Assembly (NCBI RefSeq): GCF_902713615.1
Contig: NC_052168.1
Location: 496,001 to 560,000, forward strand
Direction of reading: 5' to 3'
DNA from: Scyliorhinus canicula
Lineage: Eukaryota
DNA: 64,000 nt
Translations under genes and position numbers: made by a program
Notes under the pieces: model-generated
What the model saw: the letters and a program-made list of their open reading frames with translations, nothing else
Databases searched by the model: none
What the model was told of the DNA's origin: nothing
Shown here: positions 11,740 to 23,998 of the stretch, piece by piece
Position numbering within the stretch: position 1 is the stretch's first letter
Layout of the letters: each line of letters begins with the position of its first letter

Positions 11740-13266
11740 TTTCACAGTGCTCAGCAAAAGTTTATACCAACAAAAAGGAAGGATAATAGAAAGAGGGGAA
11801 ATCGACCTTGGATATCTAAGAAAATGAGGCTATGACAGGTGAGGACCTTGAGAGGATTGTTATCACTAAGGAGGGAGTGATGGGCAAGCTAATGGGGCTA
11901 AAGGTAGACAAGTCTCCTGGCCCTGATGGAATGCATCCCAGAGTGCTAAAAGAGATGGCTAGGGAAATTGCAGATGCACTAGTGATAATTTACCAAAATT
12001 CACTAGATTCTGGGGTGGTCCCGGTGGATTGGAAATTAGCAAACGTGACACCACTGTTTAAAAAAGGAGGTCGGCAGAAAGCGGGTAATTATAGGCCAGT
12101 ATGTGGAATCTATCATCAAGGAAGAGATAACAAGGCACCTGGATGGAAATTGTCCCATTGGGCAGACGCAGCATGGGTTCGTAAAGGGCAGATCATGCCT
12201 AACTAATTTAGTGGAATTTTTTGAGGACATTACCAGTGCAGTAGATAACAGGGAGACGATGGATGTGGTAGATCTGGATTTCCAGAAAGCTTTTGACAAG
12301 GTGCCACACAAAAGGTTACTGCATAAGATAAAGATGCATGGCATTAAGGGTAAAGTAGTAGCATGGATAGAGGATTGGTTAATTAATAGAAAGCAAAGAG
12401 TGGGGATTAGTGGGCGTTTCTCTGGTTGGCAATCAGTAGCTAGTGGTGTCCCTCAGGGATCAGTGTTGGGTCCACAATTGTTCACAATTTACATCGATGA
12501 TTTGGAGTTGGGGACCAAGGGCAATGTGTCCAAGTTTGCAGATGACACTAAGATGAGTGGTAAAGCGAAAAGTGCAGAGGATACTGGAAGTCTGCAGAGG
12601 GATTTGGATAGGTTAAGTGAATGGGCTAGGGTCTGGCAGATGGAATACAATGTTGACAAATGCGAGGTTATCCATTTTGGTAGGAATAACAGCAAAAGGG
12701 ATTATTATTTAAATGATAAAATATTAAAACATGCTGCTGTGCAGAGGGAGCTGGGTGTCTTAGTGCATGAGTCACAAAAAGTTGGTTTACAGGTGAAGGC
12801 GAATGGAGTTTTGTCCTTCATTGCTAGAGGTTGAGTAGACTGGGACTGTACTCGTTGGAATTTAGAAGGATGAGGGGGGGATCTTATAGAAACATATACA
12901 ATTATGAAGGGAATAGATAGGATAGATGCAGGCAGGTTGTTTCCACTGGCGGGTGAAAGCAGAACTAGGGGGCATAGCCTCAAAATAAGGGGAAGTATAT
13001 TTAGGACTGAGCTTAGGAGGAACTTCTTCACCCAAAGGGTTGTGAATCTATGGAATTCCCTGCCCATTGAAGCAGTTGAGGCTCCTTCATTAAATGTTTT
13101 CAAGATAAAGATAGTTTTTTGAAGAATAAAGGGATTAAGGGTTATGGTGTTCGGGCCGGAAAGTGGAGCTGAGTCCACAAAAGATCAGCCATGATCTCAT
13201 TGAATGGTGGAGCAGGCTCGAAGGGCCAGATGGCCGACTCCTGCTCCTAGTTCTTATGTTCTTATG
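11740..13266 (+). mobile_element. CR1-clade LINE fragment (second subfamily) inserted in the L1
   Basis: KSPGPDGMHP, NYRPV, QHGFVKGRSC, VPQGSVLGP, KFADDTK; tail TTCTTATGTTCTTATG; internal deletions. Confidence 0.93.
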
Positions 13267-15427
13267 TATAACGAAAGCTGGACCTGGCAAGACAAAAAGG
13301 CAACATCCCCAGATTGACCGGAATGTATTCACTCTGATCCAGATTCAACTTATACCCAGAGAAGGAGCTAGAATTCTTCAGTAGCTTCATTATCTCATCT
13401 ATAGTGGAGACTAGGTCCGAAATATAAAGAAGATGATTTGTGTACAAGGACACCCTTTGCTCCCTCCCTCCCCGACTTATCCCTTCCACTCACTGGAAAA
13501 TTTTAACACTATGGCCAGTGGTTCCATTGCTAAAGCAAAGTGAAGCAGAGACAATGGACATCACTGCCTCATACCCCAGTTCATCGGAATATGCCCGGAG
13601 CTCAATGCATTAGTGCAACACTAGCAGTGGGGACCCTCCAGTAAACAATCCAGGATATGAAGCATTGCCCAAAACCACATCTCCCAAGAATCTCAAAGAC
13701 AGGCCCCTATCACAAAAAGCAATCAGTTCGGGTACTGAACAGGGGCAAAGAGGACAACACTTAACAGCCAACGTATATTGGCCGACAATTGCAGATTCTT
13801 GGCGAAGCCAGTCTGGTCTTCCGAAATCACCTCTGCGAGGCCGACTCCAACTGTACCAACACTTCTGTAATTTAGTGTCTGCATTCAAAAGCAAGATGGG
13901 TCAAAATAACCCAGATTCCATAAGGATCCTTCTTCAGGATCAGGTAGATAGAGGCTTGCGCCAGTGTAAGGGGCAATGAATCCTGGGACAAGAAGTCTTT
14001 GAACATATCTAATATTAAAGGAATCAACTGCCTTGCGAACTTCTTAGAAATCTCATTGGGGAATCCATCAGGGCCGGGAGCTTTACCCGTCTGCGTTAAC
14101 CTAATACATTCCATCAACGACGATTCAAACTCCTCCCATCTTTCCCTCTCCACCAATGGGAAAGATAACCCATCCAAAATCTCCGTCAAGGCCAAACTCC
14201 CTCCAGGGGCTCTGAACTTTGAGATCCCAATAGAATGTTTCAAAAGCTGCACTGACCTTAGACAGAACGGAAACCAAACCTCCGCCAGAGTCCCTTATCT
14301 GCACAATCTCCCAGGAAACAGCTGCCACCTCAGCTGTTGAGATAAAAGGTGATTGGCCTTCTCCCAGTGTTCATGAAAAGCCTCCCTTGAATGTCCAACT
14401 GGCCCACTGCCTTACCTGTTGATAGCAATCAAATTGTGTGAGTGCAGCTTCTTCCTACTTGCAAGGGACCCCGGGTGTAGGGGCAAATGAGTATTGATGG
14501 TCCACTAGCCTCTGCCACTCCGCCCTGGCATCCTTTCCATGTGGGCCTCATAGGGAATTATCCCCCCCCCCCCCCCCCCCCACCTTAAGGGTTTCTCACA
14601 GCATGGAAGGCGAGATAGACTCACTTTCATCAAATTGAATGTAATTTCCCAATGGCAGAGGACATGTGTTCGCAAAATCTTTTGTCCGCAAACAGTGACA
14701 TATCCAACCTCAATGGTGGATGCTGAGAGGGGTCGACTCTGGCATCAAATCCACAAAATGTGGGGCATGATCTGAATCACAATAACCAAATACCCTGGAC
14801 CTGGATCAATTCAACGCATGGTCGAAATTAGCTGATGTGAATTCAAATCAGGAATGGAGACTAGCTACTTGTTAAAACTTTACCAACCCAATTCGCTGCA
14901 TAGATATTAACCAGCACTACCAAAGTACCCACGTCTAACATTAGGATCCGCCAAGATCTTAGTGGCTGAAACCACACCCCCAAGGCCCTACTGTCAAAGC
15001 CAGAGTGAAAAACTTGACCCAGCCACTTGACTGCAGCTTTGTCTGGTCCTTGACCCACAAACAGGTCTCCAGCAGAAACACCACATCAGCATTCAATCTT
15101 TTAAGGTGAGGAAATACACTCTCCCTTTTCACTGGGACATTCAAGCCCCTGGTGACCCCCCCCCCCCCCCCCAGCCACTCCATCTGGAGTCAGCCATTTC
15201 CACCAAGAGGGGGCATCCAACAACTTAGAGTCTCCAGGCACCAGGCCCATCCAAGATGGCTGCCAATCCCACCAGCAAGACAAAACTAAGACAAAACTGT
15301 AATCACCGTCAGAAAATTATTCCTGCCCACCTCCCCAAACCCCCTTCCTCTCACCTCCCTGCCCCCAAACATTTGCACACCCTTGCAGGAGCCACTTTGT
15401 ATACAACTTCTCCCTACATGCCACCAC

Positions 15428-16065
15428 CAGGGGACAATTTCGAAGTTTGTGGATGGCACAAAACTTGGAAGTATTGTAAACTGTGGAGAGAACATTGTCC
15501 TTTTCATCAACATGTTGGTGGAGTTTGCAGCTCGATGGCAGGTGAAGATCAATGCAGAGAAATGGGAGGTGATGCATTTTGGTAGGAAGAACATGGAGCG
15601 GCTATATAAACTAAGGGGTAACATTCTTAAAAGGATGCAGGAGGAAAAGGGACCTGGGATATATGTGCATTGATCATTGAAGGTGGCAGGACAGGTGCAG
15701 AGAGCAGTTAATACAAAGGAAACATACAGTTTCCTGAGCTTTATTAACAGGGCACAGAGTACGGCAGTAAGGAGATTATGCTGAACGTATAAAAGGATAA
15801 AACGCTCATAAAAGGATCAAGAACGAGAGGCAAAGATTTGAAGTGATTTGCAAAAGAAGCAAATGGAATGCAAGATAAAACTTTATCACAGAGCCAGTGA
15901 CTGTGGTCTGGAATGTATTGTCTGCGAGTGTGGTGGAGGCAGGTTCAATTGAGGCATTCGAGAGGCCATTAGATGATTATTTGAATAGAAACAATATGCA
16001 GGGGTGCGGGGAAAAGACAGGGGAATGGCACAAAGTCATGGCCTCCTTCTGCACCGTAACAATTC
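15428..16065 (+). mobile_element. Old CR1 LINE fragment (right part of the element split by the L1)
   Basis: Resumes QGTISKFVDGTKLG where the 9400-9816 fragment stops; later VWNVL..SVVEAGS. Confidence 0.75.
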
Positions 16066-16935
16066 GGCAATCCTATGAATTCAATGAAAAGTGTGCTTAG
16101 TATTGCTCAGTTGTAAAAATCCAGCTGTTTATAATGTTTTTCAGTACAGGTCACCTCTGCAAAAATGTGTTTACATATGCCCTCTGAATTAGCCTAACAA
16201 AGGACCTCAGTTGTACAAATAATTGCAACTAGAATGCCCACCCTTTTTTTATTCATTCATGGGATGTGGGAATTGCTGTATAGGTCAACATTCATCGTCC
16301 AACCCGAATTATCTTTAAGAAGGTGGTGATGAGTTGCTGCCTTCTGAAACGGCCGCACTTCATGTGGAGTAGGTACGCCCACAGTATGGTTAGGGAGGGA
16401 GTTCCAGGATTTTGACCCAGCGACAGTGAAGGAACAGCCGATATATTTCCAAGTCAGATGATGTGGCCTTGGAGGGGAACTTTCAGATGGTGGTGTTCCC
16501 ATATGTTTGCTGCCCTTGTCTTTCTACATGGCAGAGGTCACGAGCTTGGAAGGTGCTTTCAAAGGAGCCTTGGTGAGTTCCTACAGTGAAGCTCGCAGAT
16601 GGTACACTCGGTTCTCATTGTGCATTGGTAGTGGAAGGAATAGATGTTTAAGTTGGTGGATGGGGCACAATCAAGCGGGGCTACTTTGTCCTGGATGACG
16701 TTGAGCTTCTGGAGTGTTGTTGGAGCTCAACTCATCCAGGCAAATGGAGAGTATTCCATCACATCCCGGACTTGTGTCTTGTGGATGGTGGACAGGTTTT
16801 TTGGGGGGGGGGGAGGACGTGAGTTACTCTCCACAGAATTCCCAACCTCGAACATGCTATTGCAGCCACGGTATTTATACAGCTAGTCCAGTCCAGTTTC
16901 TGGTCAATGGAAACCCCCAAAATGCTGATAGTGCA

Positions 16936-17157
16936 GGGCGGCATGTGGCACAGTGGTTAGCACTGGGACTGCGGCGCTGAGGACCCGGGATCGATCCCGG
17001 CTCTGGGTCACTGTCTGTGTGGAGTTTGCACATTCTCCCCAAGCCTGCGTGGGTTTCACCCCCACAACCCAAAGGTGTGCAGGGCAGGTGGATTGGCCAC
17101 GCTAAATTGCCCCTTAATTGGAAAAAAAATAGTTGGGTACTCTAAAAATTTTTAAAA
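16936..17157 (+). mobile_element. V-SINE, short A-tailed subfamily
   Basis: tRNA-like head, V core, tail TTGGGTACTCTAAAAATTTTTAAAA. Confidence 0.85.
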
Positions 17158-17239
17158 GAGGGGAATTAATTCAGTGATGATAATGCCAATAAATATCAAG
17201 GGGAGATGGTTCTATTGTCTCGGTGAAAATGGGAATTGC

Positions 17240-17420
17240 CAGGCTGGTTTAGCTCACTCGGCTAAATCGCTGGCTTTGAAAGCAGACCAAGCAGGCCAGC
17301 AGCATGGTTCGATTCCCGTACCAGCCTCCCCGGACAGGCGCTGAAATGTGGCGACTAGGGGCTTTTCACAGTAACTTCATTGAAGCCTACTCGTGACAAT
17401 AAGCGATTTTCATTTCATTT
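17240..17420 (+). mobile_element. tRNA-derived SINE with a different head and a tail shared with other SINEs
   Basis: GGTTCGATTCCC B box; tail GTGGCGACTAGGGGCTTTTCACAGTAACTTCATTG shared with copies at 29574 and 46284. Confidence 0.8.
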
Positions 17421-17682
17421 TCACTTGTGTGACGTGAATGGTCCTTGCCTGCCCAAGCTTGGATATTGTCCAGGTTGTGCTGCATTTGCACAGGGACTTT
17501 TTCAGTGTCCAAGAAGTCACGAATAGTGCTGAACATTGTGCAAAATCAACAAACATAAACATCCCCCCCACCTCTGTCCTTATACAAATAGAAAGAAGGT
17601 TATTGATAAAACAATCAAGCCGGCTGCTTTGTCCTGGATGATGTTGAGCTTCTGGAGTGTTGTTGGAGCTGAACTCATCCAG

Positions 17683-20520
17683 AGCTGGAGCCGAGCAGTA
17701 GGCCCGGAGCCCAGCAGCAGGCCCGGAGCCCAGCAGCAGGCCCGGAGCCCAGCAGGAGGCCCGGAGCCCAGCAGGAGGCCCGGAGCCCAGCAGCAGACCC
17801 GGAGCCCAGCAGGAGGCCCGGAGCCGGAGCTCAGCAGCAGGCCCGGAGCCCAGCAGGAGGCCCGGAGCCCAGCAGCAGGCCCGGAGCTGGAGCCCAGCAG
17901 CAGGCCCGGAGCCCAGCAGGAGGCCCGGAGCCCAGCAGCAGGCCCGGAGCCCAGCAGCAGACCCGGAGCCCAGCAGGAGGCCCGGAGCCCAGCAGGAGGC
18001 CCGGAGCCCAGCAGCAGGCCCGGAGTCCAGCAGCAGGCCCGGAGCCCAGCAGCAGGCCCGGAGCCCAGCAACAGGCCCGGAGCCCAGCAGCAGACCCGGA
18101 GCCCAGCAGCAGGCCCGGAGCCCAGCAGCAGGCCCGGAGCTGGAGCCCAGCAGCAGACCCGGAGCCCAGCAGCAGACCCAGAGCCGGAGCCCAGCAGCAG
18201 GCCCGGAGCTGGAGCCCAGCAGCAGACCCAGAGCCCGGAGCCCAGCAGCAGGCCCGGAGCTGGAGCCCAGCAGCAGGCCCGGAGCCCAGCAACAGGCCCG
18301 GAGCCCAGCAACAGGCCCGGAGCCGGAGCCCAGCAGCAGACCCGGAGCCCAGCAGCAGGCCCGGAGCCCAGCAGCAGGCCCGGAGCTGGAGCCCAGCAGC
18401 AGACCCAGAGCCCGGAGCCCAGCAGCAGGCCCGGAGCCCGAGCCCAGCAGCAGGCCCGGAGCCCAGCAACAGGCCCGGAGCCGGAGCCCAGCAGCAGGCC
18501 CGGAGCCCTGCAGCAGGCCCGGAGCCCGGAGCCCAGCAGGAGGCCCAGAGCCAGAGCCCAGCAGCAGACCCAGAGCCGGAGACCAGCAGCAGACCCAGAG
18601 CCGGAGACCAGCAGCAGACCCGGAGCCCAGCAGCAGGCCCGGAGCCAGAGCCCAGCAGCAGGCCCGGAGCCCAGCAGCAGACCCAGAGCCCAGAGCCCAG
18701 CAGCAGGCCCGGAGCCAGAGCCCAGCAGCAGGCCTGGAGCCCAGCAGCAGGCCCGGAGCCCGGAGCCCAGCAGCAGGCCCGGAGCCCAGCAGCAGACCCA
18801 GAGCCCGGAGCCCAGCAGGAGGCCCAGAGCCGGAGACCAGCAGCAGACCCAGAGCCGGAGACCAGCAGCAGGCCCAGAGCTGGAGCCCAGCAGCAGGCCC
18901 GGAGCCCAGAGCCCAGCAGCAGGCCCGGAGCCAGAGCCCAGCAGCAGGCCCGGAGCCCAGCAGCAGACCCAGAGCCGGAGCCCAGCAGCAGGCCCGGAGC
19001 CCAGCAGCAGGCCCGGAGCCCAGCAGCAGGCCCGGAGCCCAGCAACAGGCCCGGAACCGGAGCCCAGCAACAGGCCCGGAGCTGGAGCCCAGCAGCAGGC
19101 CCGGAGCCCAGCAGCAGACCCGGAGCCCAGCAGCAGACCCGGAGCCCAGCAGCAGGCCCGGAGCCCAGCAACAGGCCCGGAGCCCAGCAGCAGGCCCGGA
19201 GCCCAGCAGCAGGCCCGGAGCCCAGCAGGAGGCCCGGAGCCCAGCAACAGGCCCGGAGCCCAGCAACAGGCCCGGAGCCGGAGCCCAGCAGCAGACCCGG
19301 AGCCCAGCAGCAGGCCCGGAGCCCAGCAGCAGGCCCGGAGCTGGAGCCCAGCAGCAGACCCAGAGCCCGGAGCCCAGCAGGAGGCCCGGAGCCCAGCAGC
19401 AGGCCCGGAGCCCGGAGCCCAGCAGCAGGCCCGGAGCCCAGCAGCAGACCCAGAGCCCGGAGCCCAGCAGGAGGCCCAGAGCCAGAGCCCAGCAGCAGGC
19501 CCGGAGCCCGGAGCCCAGCAGCAGGCCCGGAGCCCAGCAGCAGACCCAGAGCCGGAGACCAGCAGCAGACCCGGAGCCGGAGCCCAGCAGCAGACCCGGA
19601 GCCCAGCAGCAGGCCTGGAGCCCAGCAGCAGGCCCGGAGCCCGGAGCCCAGCAGCAGGCCCGGAGCCCAGAGCTGGAGCCCAGCAGCAGACCCAGAGCCC
19701 AGAGCCCAGCAGCAGGCCCGGAGCCAGAGCCCAGCAGCAGGCCTGGAGCCCAGCAACAGGCCCGGAGCCCAGCAACAGGCCCGGAGCCGGAGCCCAGCAG
19801 GAGGCCCGGAGCCCAGCAGCAGGCCCGGAGCCCAGCAGCAGGCCCGGAGCCCAGCAGCAGGCCCGGAGACCAGCAGCAGGCCTGGAGCCCAGCAGCAGAC
19901 CCAGAGCCGGAGACCAGCAGCAGGCCCGGAGCCCAGAGCTGGAGCCCAGCAGCAGACCCAGAGCCCAGAGCCCAGCAGCAGGCCCGGAGCCAGAGCCCAG
20001 CAGCAGGCCTGGAGCCCAGCAGCAGGCCCGGAGCCCGGAGCCCAGCAGCAGGCCCGGAGCCCAGCAGCAGACCCAGAGCCCGGAGCCCAGCAGGAGGCCC
20101 AGAGCCAGAGCCCAGCAGCAGACCCAGAGCTGGAGCCCAGCAGCAGACCCAGAGCCCAGAGCCCAGCAGCAGGCCCGGAGCCAGAGCCCAGCAGCAGGCC
20201 CGGAGCCCAGCAGCAGGCCCGGAGCCCAGCAGCAGGCCCGGAGCCCAGCAGCAGGCCCAGAGCTGGAGCCCAGCAGCAGGCCCGGAGCCCAGCAACAGGC
20301 CCGGAGCCCAGCAACAGGCCCGGAGCCCAGCAGCAGGCCTGGAGCCCAGCAGCAGACCCAGAGCCGGAGACCAGCAGCAGACCCGGAGCCCAGCAGCAGG
20401 CCCGGAGCCGGAGACCAGCAGCAGGCCCGGAGCCAGAGCCCAGCAGCAGGCCCGGAGCCCAGCAGCAGACCCAGAGCCGGAGACCAGCAGGAGGCCCGGA
20501 GCCCAGCAGCAGGCCTGGAG
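17683..20520. repeat. GC-rich composite minisatellite, core 19 bp GCCCGGAGCCCAGCAGCAG with optional 6-7 bp inserts
   Basis: Direct inspection, about 2.8 kb. Confidence 0.97.
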
Positions 20521-21145
20521 TAAAGAGAAAAGCTTCCTGATGTCATGTACACAATCCTATGAGTAACAGCTCATTTTATCGTGAGAAATAACAATAAATT
20601 ATTGATCACCTCACTTTCAGCACCCTCATAACCTTATCTAAACATGCATCATACAGGATCTCTATCAACTCTCCCCACAATCTCCGTTGCTCAGAGGGGA
20701 ATGGACAACCTAACCTTGTAGCTAAAATCCCTCGTTCCTAGAACCAACCTGGTCAATCTTCTCCGCACCTTCACATGGACCCTCTCATGGACCCTCTCCC
20801 TTCCTAAAATGTGGTGACCAACATCTGGCATCACATCTGAGCAAATTTGCAAATATAGTTAATAGTTCCTCCCAGATGTTTGTGATGTTTGCAAACATCA
20901 GGAAACCCAAAACAGACAGCATTTGCATTTACCTCAATTTAAAATCCAATAGTCAATACTAATAAATATTTTCTCATCCATTTCTCAGTTCAATGTTCCA
21001 TATATTCCTGTTCTAGAAAGTAAAATGTTGGTTTCACAGGCAGAGCTTGATAATGAATACCTACAATTCCTAACAACTGTCTCATTTTAATAAAAGGCTC
21101 TACTGTTAACCTGTTACCCATTGTATCAATGCGATATTTGCTTAC

Positions 21146-21280
21146 CTTATCAATTTTTTCATATTTGTGGAAGATTTTGTCTCCAACCAGTTCTTCTTCA
21201 TTCTCCTCATCGTGGTAATTTAGGGGCAGGCTGTCGAAGTCAACCACTTTCACAAAACCATCAGAGTCACTTTTGGCCTC
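21146..21280 (-). CDS. DKK3/DKKL1: Dickkopf-3/DKKL1-like gene, Soggy-domain exon (EAKSDSDGFVKVVDFDSLPLNYHDEENEEELVGDKIFHKYEKIDK)
   Basis: Acceptor atttcag, donor AAG|gtaagc, 135 nt, phase 0-0; LPxNYHxEEN...G.......IDK matches DKKL1 [28 protein letters not shown] and DKK3 [28 protein letters not shown]. Confidence 0.88.
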
Positions 21281-21601
21281 CTGAAATGTTGCCCAATATT
21301 CATCAATTAGAACAGATTTTTATTGATATTTATTGTTTGCGAACATTACATTAATAATTAAAGTTGATAGTGAATACTTGGTGAATGCTTAAAATCTAAA
21401 GACAAAAGCAAAGAAGACCCATTTTATTGACAGGAAGAAGCAGCTATTTTTTTTAAAGTAAATATTCAGAATCTTAAACATGCAATGTGATAAACTCACT
21501 TAGATTTGCGTCACATTTCTGAGCCACACAACAAACAGCCACCTAGACAGACTGTTCTATATCAACCAGTCTAGTATCCTGTATCCCAGTGGTGTTGCTT
21601 T

Positions 21602-21845
21602 CATAGAATCCCTACATTAGAGAAGGGGGCCATTCAGCCCATTGAGTCTAACCAACCCTCCAAAAAAGCACTGGACCTAGACCCATTCTCCCATCCTATC
21701 CCCATAACACCATACATTGATCATCTTGCACATCTTTGGACTGTGGCGAGGATGTGCAGACTCCACACAGACAGTTACCCATGCCTGGAATTGAACCCGG
21801 GTCCCCAGCACTGTGAGGCAGCAGTGCTAACCACCATGCTCCCCT
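21602..21845 (-). mobile_element. V-SINE copy (internally deleted)
   Basis: Reverse complement of tRNA head and SINE tail. Confidence 0.8.
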
Positions 21846-22019
21846 TTTGAGGAAGTTTCTACTCAGCATCTTCCTTGAGCAACAAGACTAAGATTCTGAC
21901 TGAGTGGCAGAGAGACACTCTGCTCCATCTACTGCCCAATGCACAATGTCCTGTCACAATTACTTTTACACTTACATGAGGACATGAAAATCAACAGAAA
22001 CTTGTTTTTTATGATACAG

Positions 22020-22162
22020 GAAGTGAAACTGTAGCGCCCGAAGGAAACCTACACAGACACAGAGAGGACGTACAAACTCCACACATATAATGGCCCAAGG
22101 CCAGAACTGAACCCGGGTCCCTGACACGGTGAGGCAGCAATGCTAACCACTGTGCCAATGTC
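22020..22162 (-). mobile_element. Diverged V-SINE 5' half
   Basis: Reverse complement of head GGCACAGTGGTTAGCATTGCTGCCTCAC and V core. Confidence 0.75.
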
Positions 22163-22446
22163 CCACTCTCCTGCACATTTTCTTCATAGTCCTCCATTTA
22201 TTCCCCATCAAGTATTTATCCAATTTTCTTTTGAGTATTACTATTCAATTTGCTTCCACCAGCCTTGGAGGTTGCACATTTCAAAACATCAAAACTGATT
22301 GAATAATAAAAATCTCATCTCCCCCTCTGGCTCTTTTGGCATTTACCAACTTTCTTGCCAGTGGAAACAGTTCTTCCTTATTTATTCTTATCAAACCCAT
22401 TCAGAAGTTCAAACTTCGGTCTTAAATCTCCCTTTATGGAGTGTCA

Positions 22447-22688
22447 CAGCGGCGCAGTGGTCAGCACTGTAGCCTCACGTCACCAAGGTCCCAGGTTCAA
22501 TCCCGGCCCCAAGGTCCCAGGTTCAATCCCGGCCCCGGGTCACTGTCTGTATGGAGGTCTCACATTCTCCCCGTGTCTGCGTGGGTTTCACCCCCACAAC
22601 CCAAAGATGTGCAGGTTAGGTGGATTGGTCACGCTAAATTGCCCCTTAATTGGAAAAAATAATTGGGTAATCTAAATTTAAAAAAAAT
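22447..22688 (+). mobile_element. V-SINE, A-tailed subfamily, with a 26-bp internal duplication of the B box
   Basis: CCAAGGTCCCAGGTTCAATCCCGGCC twice (22483, 22509). Confidence 0.88.
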
Positions 22689-23935
22689 TAAATCTACCTT
22701 TATTTTCTCTACCCGATCGCGAGGAAGCCCAAATTCTCTCGCCCATCAGCTTAACCAGAGTCCACATCCCTGGTACAACTGTCGTTAATCTCTTTCTCAT
22801 CATCTAAACTTTGTTTTGTTCATCTGCACACTTTAAAATTATGTTCTATATACACAAAAAGTCACGAACCTAAATACCAAAAGTAGCTGTGATCCTAATA
22901 CCAAATCCTCTCCAAACTTCCCTCCAGTCTGATAAATAGCTATTCGTTACTATTCCCTGCTTTCTATATCTTTGCCAACTCACTCATAAAACAGTAAATA
23001 GACTTTTAAATCAGTGGGGTATATATTATTTTGGACATGTTATGATAAACTGGGAACAATGATCTTTGTGATTAAGATATTTGTTGGTTTGTATTGAAGA
23101 GTAACAGTGATAATGATGGTAAGGACAGCCCAACTCCTTTATGATGTCACGGAGAAGCTGCTGTGACACTGGGCAGCGACTGCGAGGTCATCAAATGGAT
23201 CTTGTTGTCGACAGTTTAGATTTAACTGAAAAATGACCACTTGGTGTGTCCAAGATGGTACGCTGAGGTAACACCCATCCAGCAAGGCTGATAACCAACT
23301 ACAGGAGCCTGCAGCCCTCAGTGGGAACGAGCCCCTCTTTCCCTATATCTGTAAAACAAAATAAAAACTGATAAGTGCAGAGTATTTCACTTAAATTAAA
23401 ATTAAAGCAAGATATTCTTAATGTAGAAACAGTGCTAACTAACCATGGTGTCAACCCTTGATTAGCAAAAACAAAAACTTATTGTGCTACTTAAGAATTT
23501 TGCTTTATTTCGAGCTGCTTGTTTCCAACATTAAAAGTATTATTTATGGTATAAACTGAGTTACTCCCCGACCTTTCGTGTTACCCAAGGCCCTCCCTTC
23601 TTGTCCTATCCTCTCATTAGAATTGTTGCTTTAGATGTGTTGATAATAGTCCTCCACTGAGCAGACATAATAATCTTTATTCTCACAAGTAGGTTTACAT
23701 TAACACTGCAATGAAGTTATTGTGAAAAGCCCCTAGTCCCCTGGACAATACTCCTTCATCTTCCTTACCCCCCACCCCACAGCAAGCTTGGTCTTGGAGC
23801 TGCTATTTCTACATTATTATTATTCAAGTATCTATTTGACACAAAGGGTGGGTTGATTGAAACCCTCTAGCTCACCTATTTCTGTCCCGCCGTCTTCTCG
23901 GTGTCCACCAGAACCTCATTATTGGCTTGACTTAC

Positions 23936-23998
23936 CAAGGCGGCAGGAGCGGCTGTAGCGAGGGGCAGGCAGAGAAATAGAGCCAGGTACAGCATCAT
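23936..23998 (-). CDS. DKK3/DKKL1: Dickkopf-3/DKKL1-like gene, first coding exon, signal peptide MMLYLALFLCLPLATAAPAAL
   Basis: ATG with purine at -3, hydrophobic core and A-T-A|AP cleavage pattern, consensus donor TTG|gtaagt in phase 0, compatible with exon 21146-21280. Confidence 0.75.

Larger units (their letters stand above)
9817..15427 (-). mobile_element. Decayed L1-clade LINE covering most of ORF2, with nested CR1 and two minisatellites
   Basis: APE-like RGLNVPVKR...NADVVFLLET (about 15100), RT GKAPGPDGFP (about 14070), MNVLPRFLY (about 11580), HMF.PCP (about 10960), A-rich 3' end; degenerate TSD CAGGGAACTATTT / CAGGGGACAATTT. Confidence 0.85.
16245..17682 (-). mobile_element. CR1/L2-group LINE 3' fragments with nested SINEs
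   Basis: SFTVAGSKSWNSLPN, HHLLK and IQDKAA motifs; same family at 28080-28790. Confidence 0.7.

Noticed and set aside
17410-20552. ORFs of 800-995 aa on both strands
   Set aside because: Translations of a stop-free tandem repeat, open in several frames at once, with no domain or splice context
23299-23348. Possible terminal exon ending in CRLL-stop (CaaX-like)
   Set aside because: Needs a phase-1 upstream exon that is not present; both DKK-like donors are phase 0
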